From: an uncultured bacterium
GTDB taxonomy: Bacteria > CAIWAD01
Assembly (NCBI GenBank): GCA_903910645.1
Contig: CAIWAD010000113.1
Coordinates: 45,564 to 109,563 of the forward strand
Reading direction: 5' to 3'
DNA length: 64,000 nucleotides
The position numbers were made by a program, and so were the translations under genes. Positions 1 through 7,852 of the stretch are shown piece by piece. Numbering within the stretch: the stretch's first letter is position 1; every line of letters begins with the position of its first letter. Below the pieces are notes generated by a model. It was not told where the DNA came from, made no database searches, and saw only the letters and a list, made by a program, of their open reading frames with translations.

Positions 1-150
1 CTGGCCTGGGGCGTGGATTATGAAGGCTACGACCGCGCCGTGGACACGCTCATCGTCCGATTGCGTCGCAAGCTGGTGGGTGAAGGCATGCCCGGCATCC
101 GCACCGCCCGCGGCATGGGATATCGCCTTTCGCTGGAGCCCGAGGCGTGA
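1..150 (+). CDS. Response regulator, C-terminal winged-helix (OmpR/PhoB-type) fragment; the 5' part lies outside the window
   Basis: Frame-1 translation LAWGVDYEGYDRAVDTLIVRLRRKLV...GYRLSLEPEA* matches the trans_reg_C DNA-binding domain. The stop TGA at 148-150 overlaps the kinase GTG at 147 (GTGA). Confidence 0.6.
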   Translation: MAWGVDYEGYDRAVDTLIVRLRRKLVGEGMPGIRTARGMGYRLSLEPEA

Positions 151-1610
151 GGCTGTGGCCCAAGGCCCCCGGCGGTCTGGCTGCGCGCTTCGGCAGCCTG
201 GCTGCGCGCTACGGCGGCTTGCTCCTGATCCTGCTTCTGCTGCAGGCCCTGCTGGCCGGCATCCTCGTCTCCTCCTGGATCAATGCGCGTGATCTTGTCC
301 TCCATCAGCAGGAATTGAAAGAGCAGGCCCGCCTCCTGTTGCCCGCCGTGGAGGACAGTTTGGCCCTGTGGGCGGGGGCCGGACCCATGATCAGCCGCAA
401 GGCCGAGTTGCGCCACCGCATGCAACTAAGCCTGGGGCGTCCTCAGGCCATGAGCCTGGTTTGGGTGGATCGCGGTGGCAATGTGGCGGCGGCCGGCTTT
501 CTAAGCACCGACAAACGACTGGCGCGGCTGAAGGGCTTGGCTCTGGACAGCGAGCGCCCAGAGGCGCTTGAGGCCTGGGCCGCAGAGGAACATCTGGCCC
601 TGGTGGCCCGCCGCACGCCCCAGGGCTGGCTGCTGCTGGCGGGATCGCGGGCCAACTCTCTGTGGAGCGTGGAAGGCCAGGGCCTGCTGGTGCTCATCCT
701 GTTGGCCAGCGCGGCCAGCGCCGGTGGGGCCGGATGGTTGCTGGCACGCCCCTTGTTGCGCCGCTTCAACCGCTTCCATGAGGCCTTTTCCCGCCTGGGC
801 GATGGACATATGGAAAGCCGCCTGGAGGACGCCCATCCGGATGAGCTGGGCCAATTGGGCCAGGAGTTCAATCGCATGGCCTCGCGGTTGCAGCAGCTCA
901 CCTTGCAACTGGAACGCAGTGACCGGGAGCGTCGCCAGCTTGTCAGCGAGGTCAGCCACGAGTTGGGCGCACCACTTACCACGGTGATTGGGCATTTGGA
1001 CATGCTGGAAAGGCGTCTGGATGACGCGGATAGCTTGCGCAGCCTGCGTCTGTGCCGCAGCCAGGCCCGACGCCTGGACACCCTGATCATGGATCTGCTG
1101 GACTTGGCCCGTCTGGATGATGCCGGTCTACGCCTGCGCCTTCATCCCTGTGATCTGCGCGAACTGGTGGATCAGGAAGTGGCGGCGGTGGAGCTGGCCT
1201 GCCTGGATCGGGATATCGACCTGTTCTGGCAACGCCCGGCGGACGCCATTCTTGTACAAGGGGATGAAGCCCGGCTTGCCCAGATCCTGCGTAATCTGCT
1301 GCGCAATGCCGTGACTCATTTGGGCATGCTTGCCTCAGGAAGCGCAAGACTGGAGGTCACCCTTCGGCAGGTGGAATCCATGGCCTGCGTGGTGGTGAAG
1401 GACAATGGCCCTGGCATGTCCACGGAGACCCTGGAGCGCCTTTTCGAGCGCTATTTCCGCCCCCACAGCGCCTTCAGCGAGGGTAGCGGTCTGGGCCTGT
1501 GCATCAGCCGCCGTCTGGCGGAGCTGCACAACGGCAGCCTGGAAGCCTCTTCCCCAGGCGAGGGCCAGGGCGCCAGCTTCACCCTGCTCCTCCCGCTTAC
1601 ATATCGGTAG
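147..1610 (+). CDS. Sensor histidine kinase (TM + HAMP + HisKA + HATPase_c)
   Basis: H-box SHELGAPLT, an N/G-box region (LRNLLRNAVTH...GSGLGL), N-terminal hydrophobic segments, and translational coupling to the upstream response regulator. Confidence 0.85.
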   Translation: MRLWPKAPGGLAARFGSLAARYGGLLLILLLLQALLAGILVSSWINARDLVLHQQELKEQARLLLPAVEDSLALWAGAGPMISRKAELRHRMQLSLGRPQAMSLVWVDRGGNVAAAGFLSTDKRLARLKGLALDSERPEALEAWAAEEHLALVARRTPQGWLLLAGSRANSLWSVEGQGLLVLILLASAASAGGAGWLLARPLLRRFNRFHEAFSRLGDGHMESRLEDAHPDELGQLGQEFNRMASRLQQLTLQLERSDRERRQLVSEVSHELGAPLTTVIGHLDMLERRLDDADSLRSLRLCRSQARRLDTLIMDLLDLARLDDAGLRLRLHPCDLRELVDQEVAAVELACLDRDIDLFWQRPADAILVQGDEARLAQILRNLLRNAVTHLGMLASGSARLEVTLRQVESMACVVVKDNGPGMSTETLERLFERYFRPHSAFSEGSGLGLCISRRLAELHNGSLEASSPGEGQGASFTLLLPLTYR

Positions 1611-1616
1611 CAAGCA

Positions 1617-1662
1617 GGTGCCAGGACGGTGCCAGGAGCGCTCCTGGCACCGTCCTGGCACC
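1617..1662. repeat. Perfect 46-bp palindrome (23-bp arms) containing two CCTGGCACC motifs per arm; REP-like extragenic palindrome between convergent genes
   Basis: GGTGCCAGGACGGTGCCAGGAGC|GCTCCTGGCACCGTCCTGGCACC read directly. The same 23-nt module recurs at 4513-4535. Confidence 0.6.
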
Positions 1663-1682
1663 GGATTCTCCCGGTGAAGGCG

Positions 1683-1708
1683 AAAAGGGGGCACGAGTGC
1701 CCCCTTTT
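1683..1708. terminator. Bidirectional rho-independent terminator between the kinase gene and glnA
   Basis: AAAA-GGGGGCAC-GA-GTGCCCCC-TTTT: perfect 8-bp GC stem with an A-tract and a T-tract. Confidence 0.7.
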
Positions 1709-1731
1709 CCATGTTGCTGCTTCCGTTGCGC

Positions 1732-3075
1732 CTAATAGATGGCCAGGTAGCGGTCCAGCTCCCATTTGGAGACCTGAAGGCGATAAGCGTCCCACTCCTG
1801 GGTTTTGGCATTCAGGTAGGATTGGAAGAGCTCTTCGCCAAAAACCTGGCGCACCAATCGGCTCTTCTTGTACTCGCGAATGGCCTCTCCCAGCGAACCC
1901 GGCATGGACACCATGCGCTGGCGCCTGGCCTCGGAGACGTGGAAAAGATCCTCCTCCGCCGCCTTGGGCGCCTCCATCTTCCTCTTCACGCCATCCAGGC
2001 CGGCGGCCAGCATGACCGCGAAGGCCAGATAAGGATTGGAAGTGGGGTCCGGACAGCGCAGCTCGATGCGCGTGGCATTTTCGCGCCCGGGGCTGATGCG
2101 TGGCACGCGGATGAGGGCGCTGCGGTTGCTGGTGGCCCAGCTGATGTAAACCGGTGCTTCATAACCCGGCACCAGGCGCTTGTAGCTGTTCACCAGGGGA
2201 GCAATGACCGCGCTCATGCTGCGGGCGTGCGTCAGCTGTCCAGCGATGAAGTACTTGGCCAGATCGCTTAAACCGTGACTGTCCTTGCCGCCGTAGAAGG
2301 CGTTCTTGCCATCCTTCCACATGCTCTGGTTGGTGTGCATGCCGGAGCCGTTCTCACCAAAGATGGGCTTGGGCATGAAAGTGGCGTAAAGCCCGTACTT
2401 CTGGGCCACCGCCTTGATGGTAAGGCGCAGCGTGACGGCGTTGTCCGCCGTGGCCAAGGCCTTGTCGTACTTGAAGTTGATCTCATGCTGGCCAACGGCC
2501 ACTTCGTGGTGAAGGGCCTCAATCTCCAGGCCCATTTTGACCAGGTTGTCCACCATGTGGCGACGCACTGTGTGGGCCAGATCCGTGGACACATCGAAAT
2601 ACCCGGCCTGATCCTGCGGCACCAAAGGCAGCAGGCTACCGTCTGGATGGGGCTTGAACAGAAAGAACTCCAGCTCCGTGCCGGTGTAGTAGGTAAGACC
2701 CTGGGCATCCGCTTCCATAAGCTGGCGGCGCAACACGCGGCGGGGATCCCCTTCGAAGGGCGAACCGTCCGGGTGGAAGACATCGCAAATCACGCGGGCA
2801 GTGGGCACATCCTCATCCCAGGGGATTTGAATGAAAGTGGGCAGATCCGGCACCAGCAACATGTCGCTCTCGGCGATGCGGGCAAAGCCCTGGATGGAGC
2901 TGCCATCAAACCACTGGCCATGATCCAGCACATCCTGCCACATGGTAACAGGAATGCCCACGCTCTTGGCAATGCCATTGATGTCCGTGAACTGAAGGTT
3001 GATGAAACGAATGCCAGCCTTGCGGATGAGTTCGTCCACCCGCTCCACTTGGGCTTTGTCATGGGTGAGGGCCAT
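1732..3075 (-). CDS. glnA: Glutamine synthetase type I
   Basis: 448 aa with a GSGMH-like motif (NGSGMHTNQS) and full-length GS fold similarity. RBS GGGAGG 5 nt upstream of the ATG at 3075. Confidence 0.9.
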   Translation of the reverse strand: MALTHDKAQVERVDELIRKAGIRFINLQFTDINGIAKSVGIPVTMWQDVLDHGQWFDGSSIQGFARIAESDMLLVPDLPTFIQIPWDEDVPTARVICDVFHPDGSPFEGDPRRVLRRQLMEADAQGLTYYTGTELEFFLFKPHPDGSLLPLVPQDQAGYFDVSTDLAHTVRRHMVDNLVKMGLEIEALHHEVAVGQHEINFKYDKALATADNAVTLRLTIKAVAQKYGLYATFMPKPIFGENGSGMHTNQSMWKDGKNAFYGGKDSHGLSDLAKYFIAGQLTHARSMSAVIAPLVNSYKRLVPGYEAPVYISWATSNRSALIRVPRISPGRENATRIELRCPDPTSNPYLAFAVMLAAGLDGVKRKMEAPKAAEEDLFHVSEARRQRMVSMPGSLGEAIREYKKSRLVRQVFGEELFQSYLNAKTQEWDAYRLQVSKWELDRYLAIY

Positions 3076-3348
3076 TCTTCCTCCCAAAAGTGAATTATTT
3101 TTTGCGTTTCCGTTTCGAGCCGATTCAGCGCTTTTCAAATCACTTCTGACCGATTTTTCGTCATGAATATGTGTTTTTTCATCCGTTTCTGCAATTCCTT
3201 TCTCACGAACATTGCTTCAATCAAATTATCCCCACCTCATCGTCCAGCATAGGAAATTGACATTTCTTGATTTTTCTCATTTCACGGCACTCCATTCTTG
3301 ATTTTTTCAATTCCACTGTCAATCTTTACCACAGACAGAGGAGGTAGA

Positions 3349-3804
3349 ATGGAAGACTGGTTGCGTTTGGCACACTGGACCCAGGGCAAGCCTTATCGCA
3401 TTGAACGGGTGCGTCTGGTGGACGAAGAGCTTCTGTTGGAAGGTGACTTCGCGCCTTCGCCCCTGGCCCTGTTGACGCCGGAGGATCAGGTTTTCGTGGC
3501 GGCCTTTGTGCGCGCCCACGGTTCCATCAAACAAATGGAAGCCTCCTTCGGCCTTAGCTATCCCACCATCAAGAAAAGACTGGATCGGCTGGCGGAGGGG
3601 CTCACTTTCGTGGAGGCTCAAGTGCAAACCGTGGCCACGAAAGCTCCGACTCCTTCGGCACCGGGGCTATCTGCACTACTGGATGCCCTGGAAGCCGGTT
3701 CCATGGGCGTTGCGGAAGCCTTGGCGCGTTTGGAAAGCAAAACTTCCGCGGACAAAGCGACGGAGAATCAAGACGAACGGCCCGTTGGACCGTCCATCCC
3801 ATAA
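3349..3804 (+). CDS. DUF2089-like DNA-binding protein (HTH)
   Basis: RBS GGAGG before the ATG at 3349. Segment FVAAFVRAHGSIKQMEASFGLSYPTIKKRLDRLAE resembles the DUF2089 HTH region. It lacks the usual N-terminal Cys ribbon, so the family call is tentative. Confidence 0.45.
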   Translation: MEDWLRLAHWTQGKPYRIERVRLVDEELLLEGDFAPSPLALLTPEDQVFVAAFVRAHGSIKQMEASFGLSYPTIKKRLDRLAEGLTFVEAQVQTVATKAPTPSAPGLSALLDALEAGSMGVAEALARLESKTSADKATENQDERPVGPSIP

Positions 3805-3960
3805 GTCTCGCACACGGGTGGCTTGTGGAAGCCGGTGAGTTTGCCTTGGGCCAGGGGAATGGGCATTTGACAGCGACAGGGAAGTCGTTGATACAGGGCT
3901 GGCCACCAATCGGCCGGGTTCAACAGACTGTTGGGGACTAGCGTGAAGGGGGATGATCAA

Positions 3961-4395
3961 ATGAACGAGCGGTTGCGCATTCTGGAACTGTTGGCTGAAG
4001 GGAAAATCAACGCCATGGAGGCTGAACGCCTGCTGGACGCGGTGCGCCGGGAGGAACAGACTCCCCAAGAGGCATTGCCCGTGGACGGTGACGCGGAGGA
4101 AGGCAAGGGCGCCGGTCGCAAGGTGAGCACGCTGCGCGTCCTGGTGAACAAGGTGGATGGTGAACAAGTGAACATCCGCGTGCCGTTGGGCCTCCTGCGG
4201 GCAGGCTTGAAGTTGAAGGGCCTGCTGCCCGGGAAAACCAGGGCCCAGGTGGATGTGGCCATGCAGGAACGGGGCTTGAACTTCAACATCGATGATTTGG
4301 ACAGCAAATCCCTGGACGCCATCGTGGCCGCGCTTAGCGAGACACGCATTGAAATCAACAGCGACAAAGAGCGCGTTCAGGTCTACTGCGAATAG
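3961..4395 (+). CDS. Hypothetical protein with an N-terminal SHOCT-like motif
   Basis: ERLRILELLAEGKINAMEAERLLDAV motif. Co-directional with and immediately downstream of the DUF2089-like gene, a common pairing. Confidence 0.4.
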   Translation: MNERLRILELLAEGKINAMEAERLLDAVRREEQTPQEALPVDGDAEEGKGAGRKVSTLRVLVNKVDGEQVNIRVPLGLLRAGLKLKGLLPGKTRAQVDVAMQERGLNFNIDDLDSKSLDAIVAALSETRIEINSDKERVQVYCE

Positions 4396-4410
4396 AAAAG
4401 GAGGCTTCTC

Positions 4411-4512
4411 ATGCGTTGCCCCAATGTGAACGAGCTGCGGCATGAACAAGAAGAATGCCGATGGTACCTGGGCAGTGTCTCCCTGCAATGCGGGCTGGGC
4501 ATTGTGATCTGA
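4411..4512 (+). CDS. Small ORF (33 aa) with three Cys and a strong RBS
   Basis: AAAGGAGG sits 7 nt upstream of the ATG. Peptide MRCPNVNELRHEQEECRWYLGSVSLQCGLGIVI ends right before the REP-like motif and a terminator. Confidence 0.25.
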   Translation: MRCPNVNELRHEQEECRWYLGSVSLQCGLGIVI

Positions 4513-4535
4513 CCTGGCACCAACCTGGCACCGGA
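4513..4535. repeat. Second copy of the CCTGGCACC-NN-CCTGGCACCGGA module (REP-like)
   Basis: CCTGGCACCAACCTGGCACCGGA, near-identical to 1643-1665. It lies in a convergent intergenic region adjacent to a terminator hairpin. Confidence 0.5.
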
Positions 4536-4546
4536 GCCAAAAAGAA

Positions 4547-4580
4547 AGAGGGCCGGCGATTGCCGGCCCTCTTCTTGTGG
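4547..4580. terminator. Bidirectional terminator hairpin
   Basis: AGAGGGCCGGC-GATT-GCCGGCCCTCT perfect 11-bp stem followed by TCTTGT. Confidence 0.65.
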
Positions 4581-4598
4581 GCGAATGCCCGCCAGGAA

Positions 4599-6116
4599 CT
4601 ACTGGTTCAGGTAGTTCAGGGCGTTGGTCAGCAGGCTCTTGGCGTAAGCCGGGTTGTGCACACCCATGCTGCCGTCGTTCTTCACGAAGAGGTAGCAATA
4701 CACCGCTTCGCGCCAGGCCGTGTTGGTCCACTCCGGATGGAGGACGGCGCTGGTGAAAGTGGTGCTGGACAGGGAGTCCGTGGGCACCGTGAAGCCAAAC
4801 TGAGCCGTGAAGTAATCTTCAATCTGGCCCATGAGGTTCGCCACTTCCGTCTGGCCACCCACGCCGTTCACACCACCGAAGTCGATGTCGAAGCTGGTGG
4901 CACCATTATGGCAGCTCTGGCAAGCCGTCAGGCTGGCTTCGAAGCTGTGGTCATGAATGGTGTAGCCGTGCGGGGCGCTGGCTTCCATGTGACAGGTCAC
5001 ACAGGGATCCGGCACATTGTTGTGCATGGCCGTGCGGTTGTAGGTGAAGCCCGGGATTTCGTAGGAGCCGGCACCCAGGAACATGTCCATCTGGGGGGAC
5101 TCGTGCGGGCCGCGCAGCAGGCTGAACACGCCGCTGGCGTTGGAGAACACCTGGTCGTTCACATTGGTGAGCGTACGACGGGCGTGGTGGCACTGGGCGC
5201 ACAGCTGGCTGTTGGCACGACCGGTGAAGGTGGTGGCGGTGCCGCCGGCCGGAACATAGACCGTGCTGTAGTCGGCAACGGTGCGCAGCTGGGCTTCGTT
5301 GGTGCCATTGTGCGGGTCGTGGCAAGTGACGCAGCCAACCTGATTCAGGGTGGCGCCGCTCACAGGCGTGGTGCCCGTGTAGTCCGGATCGTAAGCAGCC
5401 AGGAAGCCCTGGGTACCGTGACAGGTCCAGCAGCTGCCACTGTTCCACTCAGCCGAGTAGTCTTCAATGGTCACGCCGGGATTCTTGCCCAGGTGGTCGT
5501 GGGCGCCGCCCAGCCACTCTTCCATCTGGCCTTCATGGCAGGTGGCGCAAGCCGCGTCGTCGCCTTCCGCCGGGTTGGTGGCGAAGGAGATCTCGGGGCT
5601 GTGACCGTACAGGTTCGGGCCCATGCTGCTATGGCAGGACTCGCACTGCACACCCTGCAGGGCATGCAGACGGGCGGTGTCCGCCTCGTCGGCGGCCGGC
5701 CAGAAGTCGTCATAGCCACCGTCGAACATGCCATGGTCCGTGATGGTGGTGTCGCCGTAGGCCACGGGGGCGTCCCAGCCCAGCGTATGGCACTGCAGAC
5801 AGTAGGGATTGTTGGACTGGCCAGCAGCCTCCAGGGTGGCGAAGGCATTGGGATGGCCCGTGCCCGTCCACTCCGTCACCGTCTCCGAGTGACAGGTGTA
5901 GCAGGAGCTTCCATTGTTACCAACCCAGGCCCAGGCGTAAAGATCTTCGCCGTCCTGTCCATTCTGACCGTCCTGACCGTCCTGACCGTCCGCACCAGTC
6001 GGTCCTGCAGGTCCAATGGGGCCAGCGGGACCAACAGCTCCATCCTCGCCGGCACAGCCAACCAGCATGATGCCGGTCAGAACCATTGCAGGCAGCGGTC
6101 GAAGCCACTTCTTCAT
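4599..6116 (-). CDS. Multiheme (9x CXXCH) c-type cytochrome lipoprotein with an N-terminal collagen-like Gly-X-Y stalk
   Basis: Signal peptide with lipobox-like LVGC, 10 consecutive GXY triplets (GPAGPIGPAGPTGADGQDGQDGQNGQDGED), and nine CXXCH motifs. RBS GGAGG 7 nt upstream of the ATG at 6116. Confidence 0.85.
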   Translation of the reverse strand: MKKWLRPLPAMVLTGIMLVGCAGEDGAVGPAGPIGPAGPTGADGQDGQDGQNGQDGEDLYAWAWVGNNGSSCYTCHSETVTEWTGTGHPNAFATLEAAGQSNNPYCLQCHTLGWDAPVAYGDTTITDHGMFDGGYDDFWPAADEADTARLHALQGVQCESCHSSMGPNLYGHSPEISFATNPAEGDDAACATCHEGQMEEWLGGAHDHLGKNPGVTIEDYSAEWNSGSCWTCHGTQGFLAAYDPDYTGTTPVSGATLNQVGCVTCHDPHNGTNEAQLRTVADYSTVYVPAGGTATTFTGRANSQLCAQCHHARRTLTNVNDQVFSNASGVFSLLRGPHESPQMDMFLGAGSYEIPGFTYNRTAMHNNVPDPCVTCHMEASAPHGYTIHDHSFEASLTACQSCHNGATSFDIDFGGVNGVGGQTEVANLMGQIEDYFTAQFGFTVPTDSLSSTTFTSAVLHPEWTNTAWREAVYCYLFVKNDGSMGVHNPAYAKSLLTNALNYLNQ

Positions 6117-6372
6117 GTCACACCTCCAATAAAAAATCGGGTAGCCTTTCCAGCGAACTCCCAAAATGTCGCGCCTTTGTCATCGGATGTCAACCAATCT
6201 GTCAACAATTTTACACTTTTTCACCTTTAATGATATGCTATTATCAATTAATGATCGCGTTGTAAATCAAGATGATAAGATGATTTCATACTATGAAAAT
6301 TCTCTATTCCGTTCATTCTGACTCGCTTTGATGTGCACTTCGGCACGAAACTGAAGCATTCCCATTACGAAA

Positions 6373-6395
6373 AGAGGCCGCACAGGGCGGCCTCT
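6373..6395 (-). terminator. Terminator hairpin downstream of the rubrerythrin-like gene
   Basis: AGAGGCCGC-ACAGG-GCGGCCTCT with a T-run on the minus-strand side. Confidence 0.55.
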
Positions 6396-6416
6396 GGTTT
6401 GGATGTGATGGAGATG

Positions 6417-6941
6417 TCAGAAAGGCCAGAAGTTGTTGTCGTGCCAATATTCGGAACGCAACGACTCGTGCAGCTTGACCATGGTGCCGTAGTGCTCGTC
6501 CTCAAACTGGGCCAGCCACACCAGGATCTTCCTCAATTCAGCATCGTCCACCTTTTGGGCGGCCTTGGCATAGAAGTCCCGCGCCTCCTTCTCCAACACA
6601 ATGGCAATGTCCAGCGCCGTGGTATCGAAGTGGGTGGTGCCCAAGCTCTTCTTGAATGCTTCGCTCAGGATGGGATCGTGGATGTCGAAGGCGTGCTCCC
6701 GCCCGCTGCGCAGAATCTCTTCATTCCAGGTGGCCTTGTCCCGCCAGGTGCGGTACAATTCCGTAAGGATGCGCTTGTGATCCAGCTCTTCCTGGGCGAA
6801 TTCCTGGAAGAACTGGCGCGCCGTCTCGTTGGTGGTGCGCTCGGCGGTGGCCAGGTAGAATTCGTGGCCCCGGCTCTCCACCAGAATGGCGTATTTGAAA
6901 ATGTCTTCCACGGTCTTGAATTCGGGCTCTCGTCCGCTCAT
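6417..6941 (-). CDS. Rubrerythrin/ferritin-like diiron protein (no rubredoxin domain)
   Basis: Two EX(2)H motifs (EFAQEELDH, QFEDEHY) in a four-helix-bundle-like sequence. AAGGAG is 6 nt upstream of the second ATG. Confidence 0.6.
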   Translation of the reverse strand: MSGREPEFKTVEDIFKYAILVESRGHEFYLATAERTTNETARQFFQEFAQEELDHKRILTELYRTWRDKATWNEEILRSGREHAFDIHDPILSEAFKKSLGTTHFDTTALDIAIVLEKEARDFYAKAAQKVDDAELRKILVWLAQFEDEHYGTMVKLHESLRSEYWHDNNFWPF

Positions 6942-7175
6942 GGTCATCTCCTTATGATGGATGGGCGCCATGATAGGCAAATGGCGCTTGCCGCGAAAGT
7001 GCCCCCTGCCCCGCGCTTCACCTGTCAGGAAAAAAACCAGGTACCATTTTGGAACAATGGGGCAGGCATGCGAGTATGATGGCCCTGTCCCGGATGGGTC
7101 CACGGCTGTGGAACCACCCGCGCAGGCGCACACGGTCACAACCAATTTTCTCAAAGCTGTCGGAAAGGACATTTC

Positions 7176-7646
7176 ATGAAGAAGATCCTGGCCATCCTCA
7201 CCGGTGCCCTCGTGGTGTTCGCACTGGTTCAAAGCACTCCTGCCCTGGCCGGCGCCGGCTGCTGCCCCAAGGGCGAGAAGACCGCCAAGGCCTCCTCCTG
7301 CGGCGCCCCCGGTGCCGATGCCGCCCACGCCTCCAAGACCTGCACGGTGGACGGCAAAACCACCACCTGCACCATGAACGCCGATGGCAGCTGCAGTTTC
7401 CCCGCCGGCACGGTGGACCCCGCCACGGCCAAGGATGGCCTGAAGACCTGCGTGGTGGACGGCAAGACCGTCACCTGCAAGGTGAGCGCCGACGGCTCCT
7501 GCAGCATGAAGGGCGCCGAGGCTTGCCACGGTGCCGCCGCTGCCGCCAAGGGTTCCTGCTCCATGCCCTGCACCCCCGGCGCCGGCTGCCCGAGCAAGGC
7601 CGCCAAGGCCGTGAACAAGGATCCTTTCAAGGCCAGCGGCCTCTGA
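7176..7646 (+). CDS. Secreted Cys-rich protein (15 Cys) with a duplicated ~22-aa module
   Basis: Signal peptide MKKILAILTGALVVFALVQSTPALA. Repeats KTCTVDGKTTTCTMNADGSCSF and KTCVVDGKTVTCKVSADGSCSM, plus CC and C-x-C pairs. Confidence 0.6.
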   Translation: MKKILAILTGALVVFALVQSTPALAGAGCCPKGEKTAKASSCGAPGADAAHASKTCTVDGKTTTCTMNADGSCSFPAGTVDPATAKDGLKTCVVDGKTVTCKVSADGSCSMKGAEACHGAAAAAKGSCSMPCTPGAGCPSKAAKAVNKDPFKASGL

Positions 7647-7671
7647 TCCTCCGCCTTCAGCACCAATTGGA

Positions 7672-7700
7672 AGGGCCCGGCACCATGTCGGGCCCTTTCT
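7672..7700 (+). terminator. Rho-independent terminator after the Cys-rich protein gene
   Basis: AGGGCCCG-(9 nt loop)-CGGGCCCT followed by TTCT. Confidence 0.6.
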
Positions 7701-7852
7701 GCGCTATGGCGGTGCCATTTGTTTGATGAATGTCATGGATATTTCAGGGCCTGCTCATTATCATTATCGGCTCGGCGCTTGTCCTCAAGACCTCAGTCGC
7801 CTACGGAGCAAAGCGTTTCCGGTAGGCCGAAACCGAAGGCAGACAGAAGACC

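Noticed and set aside
20-292. 90-aa ORF at the window start
   Set aside because: Out of frame with the genuine response-regulator C-terminus (frame 1), and overlaps the kinase start.
1643-1662. Interpreting the CCTGGCACC modules as functional sigma54 promoters
   Set aside because: Despite 10/11 identity to TGGCAC-N5-TTGCA, they face into the 3' ends of convergent genes, and each is next to or within a terminator. A REP-like or decoy role is more plausible.
3676-4731. 351-aa minus-strand ORF overlapping the DUF2089-like/SHOCT-like genes
   Set aside because: Opposite-strand shadow ORF spanning two real genes and a terminator; low-complexity Pro/Arg/Gln composition.
4455-6230. 591-aa plus-strand ORF
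   Set aside because: Antisense shadow of the multiheme cytochrome gene. High GC suppresses stop codons; no motifs, Ala/Gly/Val/His-rich.
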